A stretch of DNA of 28,590 nucleotides, taken from Promethearchaeota archaeon (GTDB lineage: Archaea; Asgardarchaeota; Lokiarchaeia; Sigyniarchaeales; SOKP01). The notes beneath the pieces were generated by a model that was given only the letters and a program-made list of their open reading frames with translations, made no database searches and was not told the DNA's origin. This document shows, piece after piece, positions 18,307 to 28,590 of this stretch (the first letter of the stretch is position 1; each line of letters opens with the position of its first letter). Location: assembly GCA_016930515.1 (NCBI GenBank), contig JAFGGO010000011.1, positions 1-28,590 of the forward strand, written 5' to 3'. Both the position numbers and the translations under genes were made by a program.

Positions 18307-19563
18307 CTAGATCTTGTAGCTAATCACAGTCTGGCGCAAGAGTTCAACATAGTCTCTGAGGTGTCTGGTCATTAGAAAGTTCTTTTTCACGTGTTCCTTA
18401 CCCGCCTTTCCCATTTGTTTCGCAAGAGCAGGATCTTTCAAGAGTTTAAGTACTCTATCTGCACATTCACCCACATTATTAACTAAATATCCTGTCTTTT
18501 CATCAATGACTTGAAGGGGAATACCGCCCACATTACCCCCCACCACTGGCGTTTCTTTCCATAAAGCTTCGCTAACTGTCAGTGCAAAACCCTCTCTTAT
18601 CGATTTTTGAATTACTACTTTTGAATATCTTTGTAATGCATTTACTAACAAGCTACTCTCGGCCGTGCTCACGGTAATATCAGGATCGTCCTTGACATGT
18701 TCAATGAGTTGCTCGTATATGACCTGCCCCTCGGGATCGTCTTGTGCCATATTACCTAAAAGAACCAAGCGACAATCGAACTTCTCCTTTATTAGTTTGA
18801 AAGCTTCGACAACACCAATAGGATCTTTCCATGGATCAAAGCGCGAGATTTGAGAGATAATTGGTTTATCGGTTTCGATTCCGTATTTTGATAAGTAATG
18901 TTCGATTCTTTCCTCACTTAGTTCACAATTTTTATCGTTAAACGGTGAAATTGAAGGTGGTATTATAGTTTGAGGAAGCTTGACCAATTGCTTGTATTTA
19001 TCCATCGATACTATCATCGCATCGTATTTTTCAAGGTATTTTTTTAAAAAATTCCATACATAAGCATTCCGGCGGGAAATGTCAATATGACACCTCCATA
19101 TCCAGGGTTGTCGTTTTTTATAAAACTCAATTATTGGTAAGGGTTGTGGATCGTGTATTATCACGCAATCAGAATGTTCCAAATGATTATAAATTGAATT
19201 TCGCTTGTTAACTTCCAAATATATTCGTTTTCGATTTTTCGATAGTCCCTTTCGGCCACCTTGTAATGCATTATGAATAATCTTTGTGGTAGTAAAGAAT
19301 TCGGGAGTGCCCTTGATTTGATGCCATTCGGCATCTATGCCAAGCTCATTCATCATTACTACCAAATCATTGAGGATTTCTACAACTCCGCCACCATATA
19401 ATGTAGAATTCACATGGATTATTCTTTTATCATATAAAGGTTTTGCTAATTTAATGAGATCGCTGATTTCAGAATATCCTACCTCAGATGCAAACCTCTT
19501 CAGCAAGTTTTCTGAGCCACTGTCTTTAATCATGTCTTTTAAATACATTGGTAATTCCTTCAA
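18307..19563 (-). CDS. treT: Trehalose synthase TreT-type GT4 glycosyltransferase
   Basis: 'HVNSTLYGGGVVEIL', 'HNALQG', 'IHDPQP', 'WRCHID', 'SRFDPWKD', 'QKSIREGFALTVSEALWK'. Confidence 0.9.
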   Translation of the reverse strand: MKELPMYLKDMIKDSGSENLLKRFASEVGYSEISDLIKLAKPLYDKRIIHVNSTLYGGGVVEILNDLVVMMNELGIDAEWHQIKGTPEFFTTTKIIHNALQGGRKGLSKNRKRIYLEVNKRNSIYNHLEHSDCVIIHDPQPLPIIEFYKKRQPWIWRCHIDISRRNAYVWNFLKKYLEKYDAMIVSMDKYKQLVKLPQTIIPPSISPFNDKNCELSEERIEHYLSKYGIETDKPIISQISRFDPWKDPIGVVEAFKLIKEKFDCRLVLLGNMAQDDPEGQVIYEQLIEHVKDDPDITVSTAESSLLVNALQRYSKVVIQKSIREGFALTVSEALWKETPVVGGNVGGIPLQVIDEKTGYLVNNVGECADRVLKLLKDPALAKQMGKAGKEHVKKNFLMTRHLRDYVELLRQTVISYKI

Positions 19564-19643
19564 ATATTTAATTATGATAATAGTAGTTATAGATAAATAT
19601 CACATCGTTATAACTTATAGATTCAATATTATAATTTATAATA

Positions 19644-21878
19644 TTAAAGATTTTGGACTTCCAATCGATATTTTTCAGATTCGATTAGATCTTTTAGTAA
19701 TAAACGAGTTGCTCGAGAAGAAATGATGTTAAAGCGCGCTTTCGTTCGCTGCAAGCCTACCTTTATTGAAAATGCCGATTCTGGCGCGATTGCAAACATG
19801 TCTTCGTCCGTCGCATCGTCTCCTACGATAAGTAAGAAACTCGAGTCTTTTGTGGAAATGAGCCTTGATACAATCCTGCCCTTGTTGATGTTTGCATATC
19901 GTATTTCGACAACCTTATTCCCGTGTAATACTTGCAGATTTAGATTGTGGCTATAATTTAAAAGGTCAATTTCGAGTTCTCTAGCTCTTATCGCACCCAA
20001 TTCCGATTCTGCGCTTCTATAATGCCAAGCCAAGGAGATTTCCTTTTCTTCTATGAAAGAATTTAGAGTCCTATCTACATATCTTTCCATGATGGATCGA
20101 ACTCCATCCTTCCAATCAGTTTTTATGGGTTCAATTTGTTCCCATTCATCGCCGATTTCTTTTATCCAAAATCCGTGTTCTGCAACTAACCCGATGTTCA
20201 TATCTCCTAACCACTTGTCCAAGTCTTTTTTATCTCGTCCACTAACGATGTAAACATTATTTGTGTCGTCCATGGCTAACTTATTAAGAATCGACAATAA
20301 TTCTTCATCTGGTCGAGCATCATTAGGATCTTTTACGAATTCAACAAGCGTACCATCGTAATCTAATATTATTAATCTTTTATCGCTCTTCAAATAATTT
20401 TCGATTAATTTCTCTTTAGAACGTGAATCCAAGAATTTTAAAGTTCTTTCTGGAGCTTCATTTCGTAACTGAATCATGGTATCCACGAAATCTTCAGCCC
20501 ATCTGAAAACATCTTTATTCTTCAATCTTTCTTGCATTACTGCTAATTTTCTAGCTTGTTCTTCGTCCGACATTGTCATTGCTTTAAAAATAGCCTCAAC
20601 CATCTCTTCTTTATTGTTAGTATTAACAAGAATCGCTTCAGGGAGTTGTTTAGCAGCACCCGCAGTTTCACTTAATATAAGCACGCCTTTACCCTCTGTC
20701 TTGCAACTAAGATATTCTTTAGCTATGAGGTTCATGCCGTCTCTTACGGGAGTTATGAGCGCTGCATCGGCGATTTTATAAAATGCTACCAAGTTTTTAA
20801 ACTGCATGGTTTGATGAATGTACATTATCGGCACCCATCCTATTGTACTATATAGTCCGTTAATTTTTCCAACGAATTCATCAATATCGCCTTTTAGAAC
20901 TTGGTATTCTTCTACCTTCAAGCGTGAAGGCGCAACGATAAACACGAGAGTAACTCGCGTTCTATATTCTTCGTATTTTTCAAGAAAACTTTCGAAAGCT
21001 TCAAGGCGCTGTAAAATGCCTTTAGTGTAATCCATTCGATCCACTGAGAGAATTATTTTTACATCACCTAATTCCTCTCGAATCTTGTTTACTTTTGCTT
21101 CTGTCTTATCGGTTAATGCTGCTTTAGAGAATTTTTCGTAATCTATACCCATGGCAAAAGAATCTACATTAACTTCTCTATCCTTGAAATATAATTTATT
21201 CATTTCGACCTCAGCACCTAAAATTCTATGAGCACTACTTTTAAAATGTCTCACATAATCATAGATATGAAAGCCAATGAGGTCTGAACCAAGCATTCCT
21301 TCTAAAAGTTCATTTCTCCGAGGAAGTAATCTAAATATTTCGTATGATGGAAATGGAATGTGTAAAAAGAATCCGATATTCACATCGGAATATCGGGATC
21401 TTATTAATTTTGGTAATAATAATAGGTGATAATCTTGAATCCAAACAATATCATCTGATTTTATGATTTCGCTTGCTTTTTCATAAAACATTTCATTTAC
21501 TAACTTGTAGGACTTCCAAAATCGATTATCGTAATCTACGAATTGGGTGAAATAATGAAATAAGGGCCATATGGTTTTGTTACAGAATCCCGCGTAGTAA
21601 TATTTGATGTCTTCTTTCGTAAGAAAAACGGGATAGCAATCTAGATCTTCAATGAGTTTTATTTTAATTTTATTTTTCTCGCTGGCATCCAAGTGGTCTG
21701 TATCAATTCCTGGCCATCCTATCCACAATACATTGTGCTGTTTTTGGAAAGACCTCAATCCCGTGGCCAAACCACCAATGCTAGGTGAAAACTTCAACCC
21801 ATCATCATCTTTAGTTACTTGGATGGGTAATCTATTTGAAATTATAATTAATCGTTGTTGTTTCTTCATAATAATCAC
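19644..21878 (-). CDS. otsA: Bifunctional trehalose-6-phosphate synthase/phosphatase (OtsA-OtsB fusion, TPSP)
   Basis: GT20 motifs 'SNRLP', 'GGLATG', 'WIGWPG', 'QDYHL', 'FFLHIPFP', 'VDRMDYTKG', 'RDGMNLIAKEY'; HAD motifs 'DYDGTL', 'SGR', 'GDDATDEDMF'. Confidence 0.95.
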   Translation of the reverse strand: MIIMKKQQRLIIISNRLPIQVTKDDDGLKFSPSIGGLATGLRSFQKQHNVLWIGWPGIDTDHLDASEKNKIKIKLIEDLDCYPVFLTKEDIKYYYAGFCNKTIWPLFHYFTQFVDYDNRFWKSYKLVNEMFYEKASEIIKSDDIVWIQDYHLLLLPKLIRSRYSDVNIGFFLHIPFPSYEIFRLLPRRNELLEGMLGSDLIGFHIYDYVRHFKSSAHRILGAEVEMNKLYFKDREVNVDSFAMGIDYEKFSKAALTDKTEAKVNKIREELGDVKIILSVDRMDYTKGILQRLEAFESFLEKYEEYRTRVTLVFIVAPSRLKVEEYQVLKGDIDEFVGKINGLYSTIGWVPIMYIHQTMQFKNLVAFYKIADAALITPVRDGMNLIAKEYLSCKTEGKGVLILSETAGAAKQLPEAILVNTNNKEEMVEAIFKAMTMSDEEQARKLAVMQERLKNKDVFRWAEDFVDTMIQLRNEAPERTLKFLDSRSKEKLIENYLKSDKRLIILDYDGTLVEFVKDPNDARPDEELLSILNKLAMDDTNNVYIVSGRDKKDLDKWLGDMNIGLVAEHGFWIKEIGDEWEQIEPIKTDWKDGVRSIMERYVDRTLNSFIEEKEISLAWHYRSAESELGAIRARELEIDLLNYSHNLNLQVLHGNKVVEIRYANINKGRIVSRLISTKDSSFLLIVGDDATDEDMFAIAPESAFSIKVGLQRTKARFNIISSRATRLLLKDLIESEKYRLEVQNL

Positions 21879-22645
21879 ATATTAAGAAAAAATCAATCTA
21901 ATTCTTTCAATACAAAAATTTTAGAATATAAATTTGCGAACTTTTCTTGAATTCGTCATTGTTTTTCCTTATATATATGAGAAGTAAATTTTTAATATAA
22001 ATATTTGTATGAAATTTAAATATTGAAGATATTTACGGTATTTTGAAATAATTTGTAAACGATTTTTCAGATTTCGACATTAAATTTATATATAAGACAC
22101 TGGTCTGCGTGGAAATATTCGGAGCGAAAATATCGTAAATACTGGCTTAAAACACTCATGTAAATTATTTTTTGCTTCCTTTGATTTGATTTAAAAATCT
22201 CTTGAAATTTAATTTGATCAAATAAAGAATTGATTATCCGCAAAATTATTCTATCATAATCTCCAGATTTTATTATCATTGCAACAATTTTAATTTGAAT
22301 TCATTTATCCACGACTTTCCTGCTTTTTTCGATTTAAATACTAGCCATTTAGACCTTCCCATTTGTTCCTATTAATATTTAAGGCCAAATAATGGATTTA
22401 AGCGCGGGATATGCAGGAATTCATACATACAATTAATTTATTGCGTAAGTTTTAAAATTAACCGATGATATTTATTACTTGCATCTTAAGAATTTATGAA
22501 TTTATCCTATAAATTACATTTTTCGTTTGATAGATAAAGGGGCATCTACCCTGTAAAAAATTAAACGATTCTCCCATTAGAAAAGACACTGATAATTCAG
22601 TTTTTTCATCATAAGATGATTAAAAATATAAAGAATTGAATAAAA

Positions 22646-23428
22646 ATGAATGATTGCAGAGATATGAACATAGAAGCAGATTTAAACGCTTGGAATTTTA
22701 ATTTTCAACAATTTTGTGAGAAACATCAACTAAATTTTGATCGCATTCAAAAATTAGGAATCGAAAAAAGTAAGGAGATTCTTCTAAAATATTTTCGAAT
22801 AAATATAAATACGGATCTCACGGAAAACGAATGGAACGATTTATATTATTTAATGGATCTTGATGGAAAATGGATAGATTTCAGAAAGCAAGATATTTTA
22901 ATTAAATTATTAAATTCCACATACGGAAAAAAAATTAAAAATATAACCAAGATACTTGTATTGGGTACTGATCTAAATTGTGAGTTCATTCGATTGAGAA
23001 AAACATATCCAAAGGCGAATTTTATTGTTGTTGATTTTAAAGAAGATCTGGTTAAGAAATTTTCTGAGAAATACGCAAAATCATTTGATTTTTCGGTAGA
23101 TAAGCTCGATCTTTTTAATGGTAGGAATTTAAACGATTTTGCCTTGAAACATGGAAAATTTGATTTGATCATTGTTTCAAAGATGTATCGATTTGCTCCC
23201 AACAATAAATTACGATACGCATCCGTGAAATTTGTTTACAAGCATTTATTAGCCTATAATGGGTTATTTTGCGTCCTCGAATCAAAATCCTACTCAGAAT
23301 ATTATAATCCAGTCTTGCTTAAAAAACCCAAGCCAATGCTCAATAAAACGATAAAAACAAGCACTAAAGACCATCCAATTCAATTTGTAATCTATACCAA
23401 GGAATTACCTTTTGAAGTCGTTTCATAA
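22646..23428 (+). CDS. Class I SAM-dependent methyltransferase-like protein (degenerate motif I)
   Basis: 'KILVLGTDLN', 'IVVDF', 'KFDLII' and 'LLAYNGLFCVLE' in Rossmann order. Confidence 0.65.
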   Translation: MNDCRDMNIEADLNAWNFNFQQFCEKHQLNFDRIQKLGIEKSKEILLKYFRININTDLTENEWNDLYYLMDLDGKWIDFRKQDILIKLLNSTYGKKIKNITKILVLGTDLNCEFIRLRKTYPKANFIVVDFKEDLVKKFSEKYAKSFDFSVDKLDLFNGRNLNDFALKHGKFDLIIVSKMYRFAPNNKLRYASVKFVYKHLLAYNGLFCVLESKSYSEYYNPVLLKKPKPMLNKTIKTSTKDHPIQFVIYTKELPFEVVS

Positions 23429-23614
23429 TAAGAATTAATCCACGCATAAAACCACGATAATACTCCGATATAAATATCTCACCTTTTTTTATAATTTTAA
23501 TCCTTGAAAATTCGTTATTGATATAGATATTTCCACATTTAATTTACATGCGAAAAATTAATAATAGAGAATAGTTATATAAATTGTATAATACTTTAAT
23601 GGAGAGTTGTTTAA

Positions 23615-24415
23615 GTGGCAAAAAAAAGATCCCAATGGCTTATGATGCCAAAAGTTCACAGCAATTTCAACGATGACAATTTAGAAACCGCGCTAATAGA
23701 AAAATCTATTGAACTCATTTCTACCGAAAAACAGATTCCAAACTTTATATTTTTATGTGGAAATTTCTTTGACGTGAAAGCTTATGTGTATTCTGCCCTG
23801 CGAGCGTGGAAGGGTGCGGTTAAACCCACTGCAAGCGGAAGGAAACCCATGTTAGAGGCTACATTTGCTTCTTTATCGGTGTATATTAGTTCCCTACTAT
23901 CCTTACAAAGTGATTTTTATTTCGCGTATGACGAAATTAGAGAGATCTTGATAGCAAATAAAAGAGAAGACCTTTGGGCGATCCTCGAAGAAAAACTCCC
24001 TTTCATATCCTTGCCCCCAAAAGAGATGTATGGAAAGAGAGTTTCGCCAATATCTCCATATTTTGTCATTAAACAAGACGATGAGCTCACATTAGGCGAG
24101 ATATACCCAAGCGTGTACCTCACTCAAGTCATTAAATCAATTAAATCCCGATTTTTTGTATTTTTTCAACACCAAGGATATTCTGCTTTTGGGTTTTTCA
24201 ACTCGTTTCCAACCTATAAAAAGTTCGGATTCGAACAAACGCCTCGCAAGTTCACGGGAGATCCCACCCCCGAGAACCTGATAAAATACCTGAGCGGGGC
24301 AAAAAATCTGAAGGAGATTCTTATTGCGCTCATCAATAGTCACAATAACGCATACCTTTCTCAATATTTAATAGACGACTACGAGTTGCTTTTGAAAAAG
24401 CTTCTCGAAGTGTAA
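23615..24415 (+). CDS. Hypothetical protein, operonic with a small GTPase
   Basis: 266-aa ORF ending 16 bp before the GTPase start. Confidence 0.8.
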   Translation: MAKKRSQWLMMPKVHSNFNDDNLETALIEKSIELISTEKQIPNFIFLCGNFFDVKAYVYSALRAWKGAVKPTASGRKPMLEATFASLSVYISSLLSLQSDFYFAYDEIREILIANKREDLWAILEEKLPFISLPPKEMYGKRVSPISPYFVIKQDDELTLGEIYPSVYLTQVIKSIKSRFFVFFQHQGYSAFGFFNSFPTYKKFGFEQTPRKFTGDPTPENLIKYLSGAKNLKEILIALINSHNNAYLSQYLIDDYELLLKKLLEV

Positions 24416-24431
24416 ACTGGAGGAAAATAAA

Positions 24432-25058
24432 ATGGTAAATGTAGGATTGTTAGGAGACATTAGCGTTGGAAAAACGAGCATCTTGCGCCTATTTGTCAAG
24501 TACCTGAACAAGGGAGATATCGAAAATGTTGAAGGTGGAAAAAAATGCACCGTCGTAAAAACGGATTTTAGCGGTGAAGCAACCGTCCCAGGAGGCGACA
24601 AAGAGGACAAGCTCAACGAAAAGGAGACCAAGACCATTCATCCGAACCGATTGGTATTTCGAGAAGAGGATACCGGAAAAGCACATACTATCTTCGCACC
24701 GGGCGGCGATGTTCAGCGAGCTGTCGTTAAAATGGGCGTCATCACGATCTCGCGCATCGCAACGCAAATTATCGCCATTTTCGCCTTGGATCGGGACTTA
24801 AAACAGCAATTCGATTTTTTCAACGATGTGCGATTCTTTCCAGATGAGATTAATGTTTGTATCAACAAGTACGACTTGATAGAAGGCGAAAAGGAAAAAC
24901 AACTAGAGAAGATGAGAAAAGATATTACCGACTTCTTTACGAAGCGCAAGATTAAAGTTGCCGATTTTTTCGTTACCTGCGGTGAAACCATCGAAGGATT
25001 TGGCGATTTCAACAATCACGTCGCGGAAATGATATTGAAAATAACCTCTTCAAGCTAA
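24432..25058 (+). CDS. Small Ras-superfamily GTPase, MglA/Arf-like with atypical G3
   Basis: G1 GDISVGKTS, G2 TKT, G3 FAPGG, G4 NKYD; GGAGG RBS. Confidence 0.88.
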   Translation: MVNVGLLGDISVGKTSILRLFVKYLNKGDIENVEGGKKCTVVKTDFSGEATVPGGDKEDKLNEKETKTIHPNRLVFREEDTGKAHTIFAPGGDVQRAVVKMGVITISRIATQIIAIFALDRDLKQQFDFFNDVRFFPDEINVCINKYDLIEGEKEKQLEKMRKDITDFFTKRKIKVADFFVTCGETIEGFGDFNNHVAEMILKITSSS

Positions 25059-25088
25059 ATATCTTTCTAAAGTGGAATCTTTTTTTAT

Positions 25089-25709
25089 TTACTTATTATT
25101 TTCCTTCTTCTTTAACGAAAAAGGACAATACCTTCCAACTTCTTGCTTGTATTTTAGGTATTTTTCTCCAAATTTCTTTGTCAAAAATTTTTCTTCGTCC
25201 TTCACCTTAGAATTAAATGTTATAATATTAAAAACGCAAATACACAAGATTGGAACGGTAGGTATCACAAAAAAACTACCTATTAATATTAAAAAAACAC
25301 CAAAGACGATTGGATTTCTCATAATGCGATATATGCCATTTGTGACCAGTTCAGTTTTTTCTTTAGGTAATTCAATCCGAAAGTTTTCTCCTAAAGTCGT
25401 CATGCCAAAAATTTCAAATATAGAGCTTATACATGCTAATATCATTCCAAATATTATTAAAAAATCTTGATTAAGGAATTCAAAAGCTAAAAAGTTCCCA
25501 ATAACGTTTTCCATAAATATATAGAGAATTAAATACATGTTCCACATCAATATAGAAACAAGAGATAATCTCGTTAAAATAGAAGCATTTAAACGAGTTC
25601 CATGAGGATCCAATCCCTTCTTCTTAACGAATACCATTGGAATAATCGTTCCTACCAAAAAAAAGAATATTAGACCAATCAAAAACCATTTTATAATATT
25701 TGAATCCAT
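25089..25709 (-). CDS. Isoprenylcysteine carboxyl methyltransferase / PEMT family membrane protein
   Basis: 'LVTNGIYRIMRNPI', 'EEKFL..FGEKYLKYKQEVGRY'. Confidence 0.9.
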   Translation of the reverse strand: MDSNIIKWFLIGLIFFFLVGTIIPMVFVKKKGLDPHGTRLNASILTRLSLVSILMWNMYLILYIFMENVIGNFLAFEFLNQDFLIIFGMILACISSIFEIFGMTTLGENFRIELPKEKTELVTNGIYRIMRNPIVFGVFLILIGSFFVIPTVPILCICVFNIITFNSKVKDEEKFLTKKFGEKYLKYKQEVGRYCPFSLKKKENNK

Positions 25710-25737
25710 CTTGTTTTCAACTCGACCTTTTTTAAAT

Positions 25738-26379
25738 TCATAGAAAGACGATCCCTAATCCTATTGGTAGAAAAATTAGGATTAATAAAGTAATAAAAAA
25801 CCAAATGGGACCAAACATCCTCACTTTTTTTTTATATTCGATATATTGTTCTTTAAATCGTTGACGAAGATCGTATAATTCTTCGATCTTTCCTTCAATT
25901 AGATTTACGGCAATAATTGCTGGAATCACGAGCAAACCATCAAAATTCATAAACCCAATAGCAAGTCCGAGGGCTATTAAAGAAGTTCCTAAGTAGATAG
26001 GGTGCCTGCAAAACGAATAAAATCCGTCCGTAAGGAGCATTCCTTCGGTATCTTGGCCTCCAATCGCCTTTCGTTTTTTGATCGTTATAATCATTAGGAC
26101 AATGCCAAAAATAATAAAAATCAATCCTAAAGAAAAAAACCAAATTATCACTAAAATAGATTTAAATATCCTTGGTTTTAAAAAAACAGCGGGATCTGAA
26201 GGAAGAATAGCAAGAAAATAACAAAGAAATTGATATAGTAGAACCATAAAAAGGTTTGCTGATTTGTTTTCTAACAAAGAGTCGTATTTATTTCTATTTT
26301 TTAAAAAATAAGCAAACACAAGGACTATAACATATAAAAGCCCAATTGCTATTAATCTTAATATCCATAATATTGACAT
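25738..26379 (-). CDS. ICMT/PEMT family membrane methyltransferase
   Basis: 'LLTDGFYSFCRHPIYLG', 'EE..L..RF.EQYIEYKKKV'; GGAG RBS. Confidence 0.88.
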   Translation of the reverse strand: MSILWILRLIAIGLLYVIVLVFAYFLKNRNKYDSLLENKSANLFMVLLYQFLCYFLAILPSDPAVFLKPRIFKSILVIIWFFSLGLIFIIFGIVLMIITIKKRKAIGGQDTEGMLLTDGFYSFCRHPIYLGTSLIALGLAIGFMNFDGLLVIPAIIAVNLIEGKIEELYDLRQRFKEQYIEYKKKVRMFGPIWFFITLLILIFLPIGLGIVFL

Positions 26380-26836
26380 TTTTAATCTCCTATAATAATA
26401 ACACGTCTTAAAGTTTGAGGATTTTAATGATAACAGATATTTAAGCTTTTAGTTTTGCCTAATTCTTATCCTTGATAATAATATAAAAGTCTTGACTATT
26501 GGTTTATCAGCTATTTTAATGTTCTTAATAGTTAGATTTATTTATTTATTTAATCTTATCTTCCTTTTGATACCTATTTCTTATTCTAGATTGGTTTATA
26601 TTGCTTTAAATAGTGAGCCTCAATAATATATAGTTATTATCTTCTTATTGGTCCCTTCAGTTTATATATTATCAGATGAAACGATAGGAGTTTAGTTATA
26701 GTACGATTCTATAAAAAAAAATCTGTAAGAATTTCTATTAAATACTTTTATAGATCCCCTCATAACTAAATATAACAAATACAAAAAAGATAAAAATGAC
26801 GAAAAAACGAAAAAATTACTATTAATCAAGTTCGCC

Positions 26837-28501
26837 TTGAACATTGCTGGTAAAAAAATGCTCAAGCAGTTAAACGATGCAAGCAAGGATTGTCGAGGTC
26901 AACAAAAAAGAGTCCTTTTAGACATCGTGAATTACGCTAAGGATACCGAGTTCGGCAGATTATTTAATTTTTCTTCCATCAAAAACATCGAAGATTTTCA
27001 AAAGCTTGTACCGATCAATAAATACGAAGATCTCAAGTCGTTCATTCTTCAACACGCTAACGGAGAGGAGAATGTGTTATTTCCCGGAAAGCCATTTATA
27101 TACGCCACCACGAGTGGAACGACTTCCGAGCCAAAATGGATTCCAATAACCGAGAAGTATTTTAAAGAATGTTACAACGGGCTTTCTAAATTGTGGTTTT
27201 ATTCTCTCTTGAAAGAGAATCCTCGTATATTTGATGGCCCCGAACTATCTATAGTAGGAAAAGCAATAGAAGGACACATTGAGGATGGCACGCCATATGG
27301 TTCCTTTTCAGGTCATGTCTACGAGAATATTCCCAAATTTTTAAAAAAAGTGCACGTTATTCCAGAGCAAGTCTATAGAATTTCCGATTATTTCGCTCGA
27401 TATTATTGTTTAATGAGGTTCACGATCGAGCATTCCATAAAGTTGATCGTCACAGGAAACCCAAGCACTATTTTAGAGCTTCATAATGTTACCATTGATA
27501 ATTACGATTCTTTAATACGAGACATTCAATATGGAACCTTAAAGGAAGATTTGCTCATTGAGAAAAAATTAAGAAATGTAATTATTAAAGACTTGAAACC
27601 CAATCCTGAAAGAGCAGAATTTCTAAGAGAATTAAAGGAACAATATAATACCGTATATCCCAAGCATTATTGGCCAGAATTAGAGGTTGTAAATACTTGG
27701 AAATGCGGTAATAGTGGATTATATTTAAAGCATACAAAAGAGTTCTTTCCAAACTCCGTGAAGATAAGGGAATTTGGATACCTCGCAACAGAAGCGCGGG
27801 CAGGCATAGTTTTAGATTCTTTCAATGACGCAAGTATATTAGCAGCTCACCTGTTATTCTTTGAATTTATCAAAAAAGAAGACATTGAACTGCAAAATCC
27901 ACAAATTTATCTTGCCCACGAGCTCGAAGCAGGACAGATCTATTATCTCATCGTTACGACTTCGAGCGGTTTGTACAGGTATAACATGGAAGATATCATA
28001 CAAGTTGAAGGATTTTACAACGAATTTCCCATGTTCAAGTTTATCCAAAAAGGAGGGGGCATCACGAGCCTCACTGGAGAAAAACTGCACGAACAACAAT
28101 TATTGGAAGCCATCAATGAAGTTGAGCATGAATTCAACATATACACGAGATTTCACATAGGATTTGCGGATCTTGATTCGTCTGCGTATCATTTATTTGT
28201 TGAATTTCCTTGTAAAATGTCAGAAAAAACAATTGAAGCGTATGGACACGAAATAGACAATAAATTACGCCAATTAAACATCGAATACGAGTCAAAGCGA
28301 GGTTCAAATAGGATAAAACCGTTAGTGATCCATTCCCTTGAAAGGAACGCTTTTGAGAAGTTTAAAGCAATTTGCATGGATCGAGGATATCGAGACGGCC
28401 AGTTCAAGCTCACTCACCTCATGATCGATCACGAAAGGATGAAAATCTTTGAAAGTCTCTCAATTCGCAATCAAACATCCACCATTGAAAAATTTAACTA
28501 A
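26837..28501 (+). CDS. GH3 family acyl-acid amido synthetase-like protein
   Basis: 'AKDTEFGR', 'VPINKYED', 'TTSGTTSEPKWIP', 'YLATE', 'FFEFI', 'TTSSGLYRYNMEDI', 'GEKL'. Confidence 0.92.
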   Translation: MNIAGKKMLKQLNDASKDCRGQQKRVLLDIVNYAKDTEFGRLFNFSSIKNIEDFQKLVPINKYEDLKSFILQHANGEENVLFPGKPFIYATTSGTTSEPKWIPITEKYFKECYNGLSKLWFYSLLKENPRIFDGPELSIVGKAIEGHIEDGTPYGSFSGHVYENIPKFLKKVHVIPEQVYRISDYFARYYCLMRFTIEHSIKLIVTGNPSTILELHNVTIDNYDSLIRDIQYGTLKEDLLIEKKLRNVIIKDLKPNPERAEFLRELKEQYNTVYPKHYWPELEVVNTWKCGNSGLYLKHTKEFFPNSVKIREFGYLATEARAGIVLDSFNDASILAAHLLFFEFIKKEDIELQNPQIYLAHELEAGQIYYLIVTTSSGLYRYNMEDIIQVEGFYNEFPMFKFIQKGGGITSLTGEKLHEQQLLEAINEVEHEFNIYTRFHIGFADLDSSAYHLFVEFPCKMSEKTIEAYGHEIDNKLRQLNIEYESKRGSNRIKPLVIHSLERNAFEKFKAICMDRGYRDGQFKLTHLMIDHERMKIFESLSIRNQTSTIEKFN

Positions 28502-28590
28502 TTTACTATCACTTTCTGTTCATTATTCACAATTTTGAACATTAATATTTTTCATTTCCTCTAAAATTTAAATATTAAAGTATGATATCT

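Noticed and set aside
22067-22362. Short minus-strand ORFs (70 aa and about 28 aa)
   Set aside because: No recognisable motif in very AT-rich DNA; possibly a remnant but unsupported.
24432-26379. GTPase next to ICMT-like genes as a proto-eukaryotic CAAX processing system
   Set aside because: The GTPase ends LKITSSS with no C-terminal Cys, the genes are convergent, and the ICMT/PEMT family is widespread in prokaryotes.
558-28413. Numerous 60-130 aa ORFs nested in or antisense to long genes
   Set aside because: They are shadow ORFs of well-supported CDS with no independent motifs.
1-28590. Selenocysteine read-through at TGA stops
   Set aside because: No TGA-ending ORF visibly continues into a recognisable domain; the LRR TGA at 7364 is a frameshift product; no SECIS was identified by eye.

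Overview
AT-rich archaeal chromosomal window. The gene content is most consistent with Asgard archaea (Lokiarchaeia-like); this is inferred from LRR proteins, an atypical small GTPase, a beta-helix/PKD surface protein with a cytoplasmic tail and an intron-bearing tRNA. It holds about 24 intact CDS, 3 pseudogenes and a tRNA-Arg(TCG) with a 30-nt intron in the D-loop. Two tRNA 3'-end copies (82-104 and 8585-8605) both begin exactly at the T-loop. The second is a perfect 21-bp repeat of the tRNA-Arg 3' end and bounds a 2.7-kb integrase-less islet of decaying genes. Notable genes include a 1038-aa single-chain 'extracellular beta-helix + 2xPKD - TM - winged-HTH' membrane transcription factor and two copies (one intact, one broken) of a Pelota/aRF1-like protein lacking the N-domain. 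Also present are a QueG-like Fe-S enzyme, adjacent TreT and fused TPS/TPP trehalose genes, PaaK-like and GH3 adenylating enzymes, an MglA-like GTPase operon and two ICMT/PEMT-family methyltransferases. All family calls come from motif recognition by eye; no database search was run.
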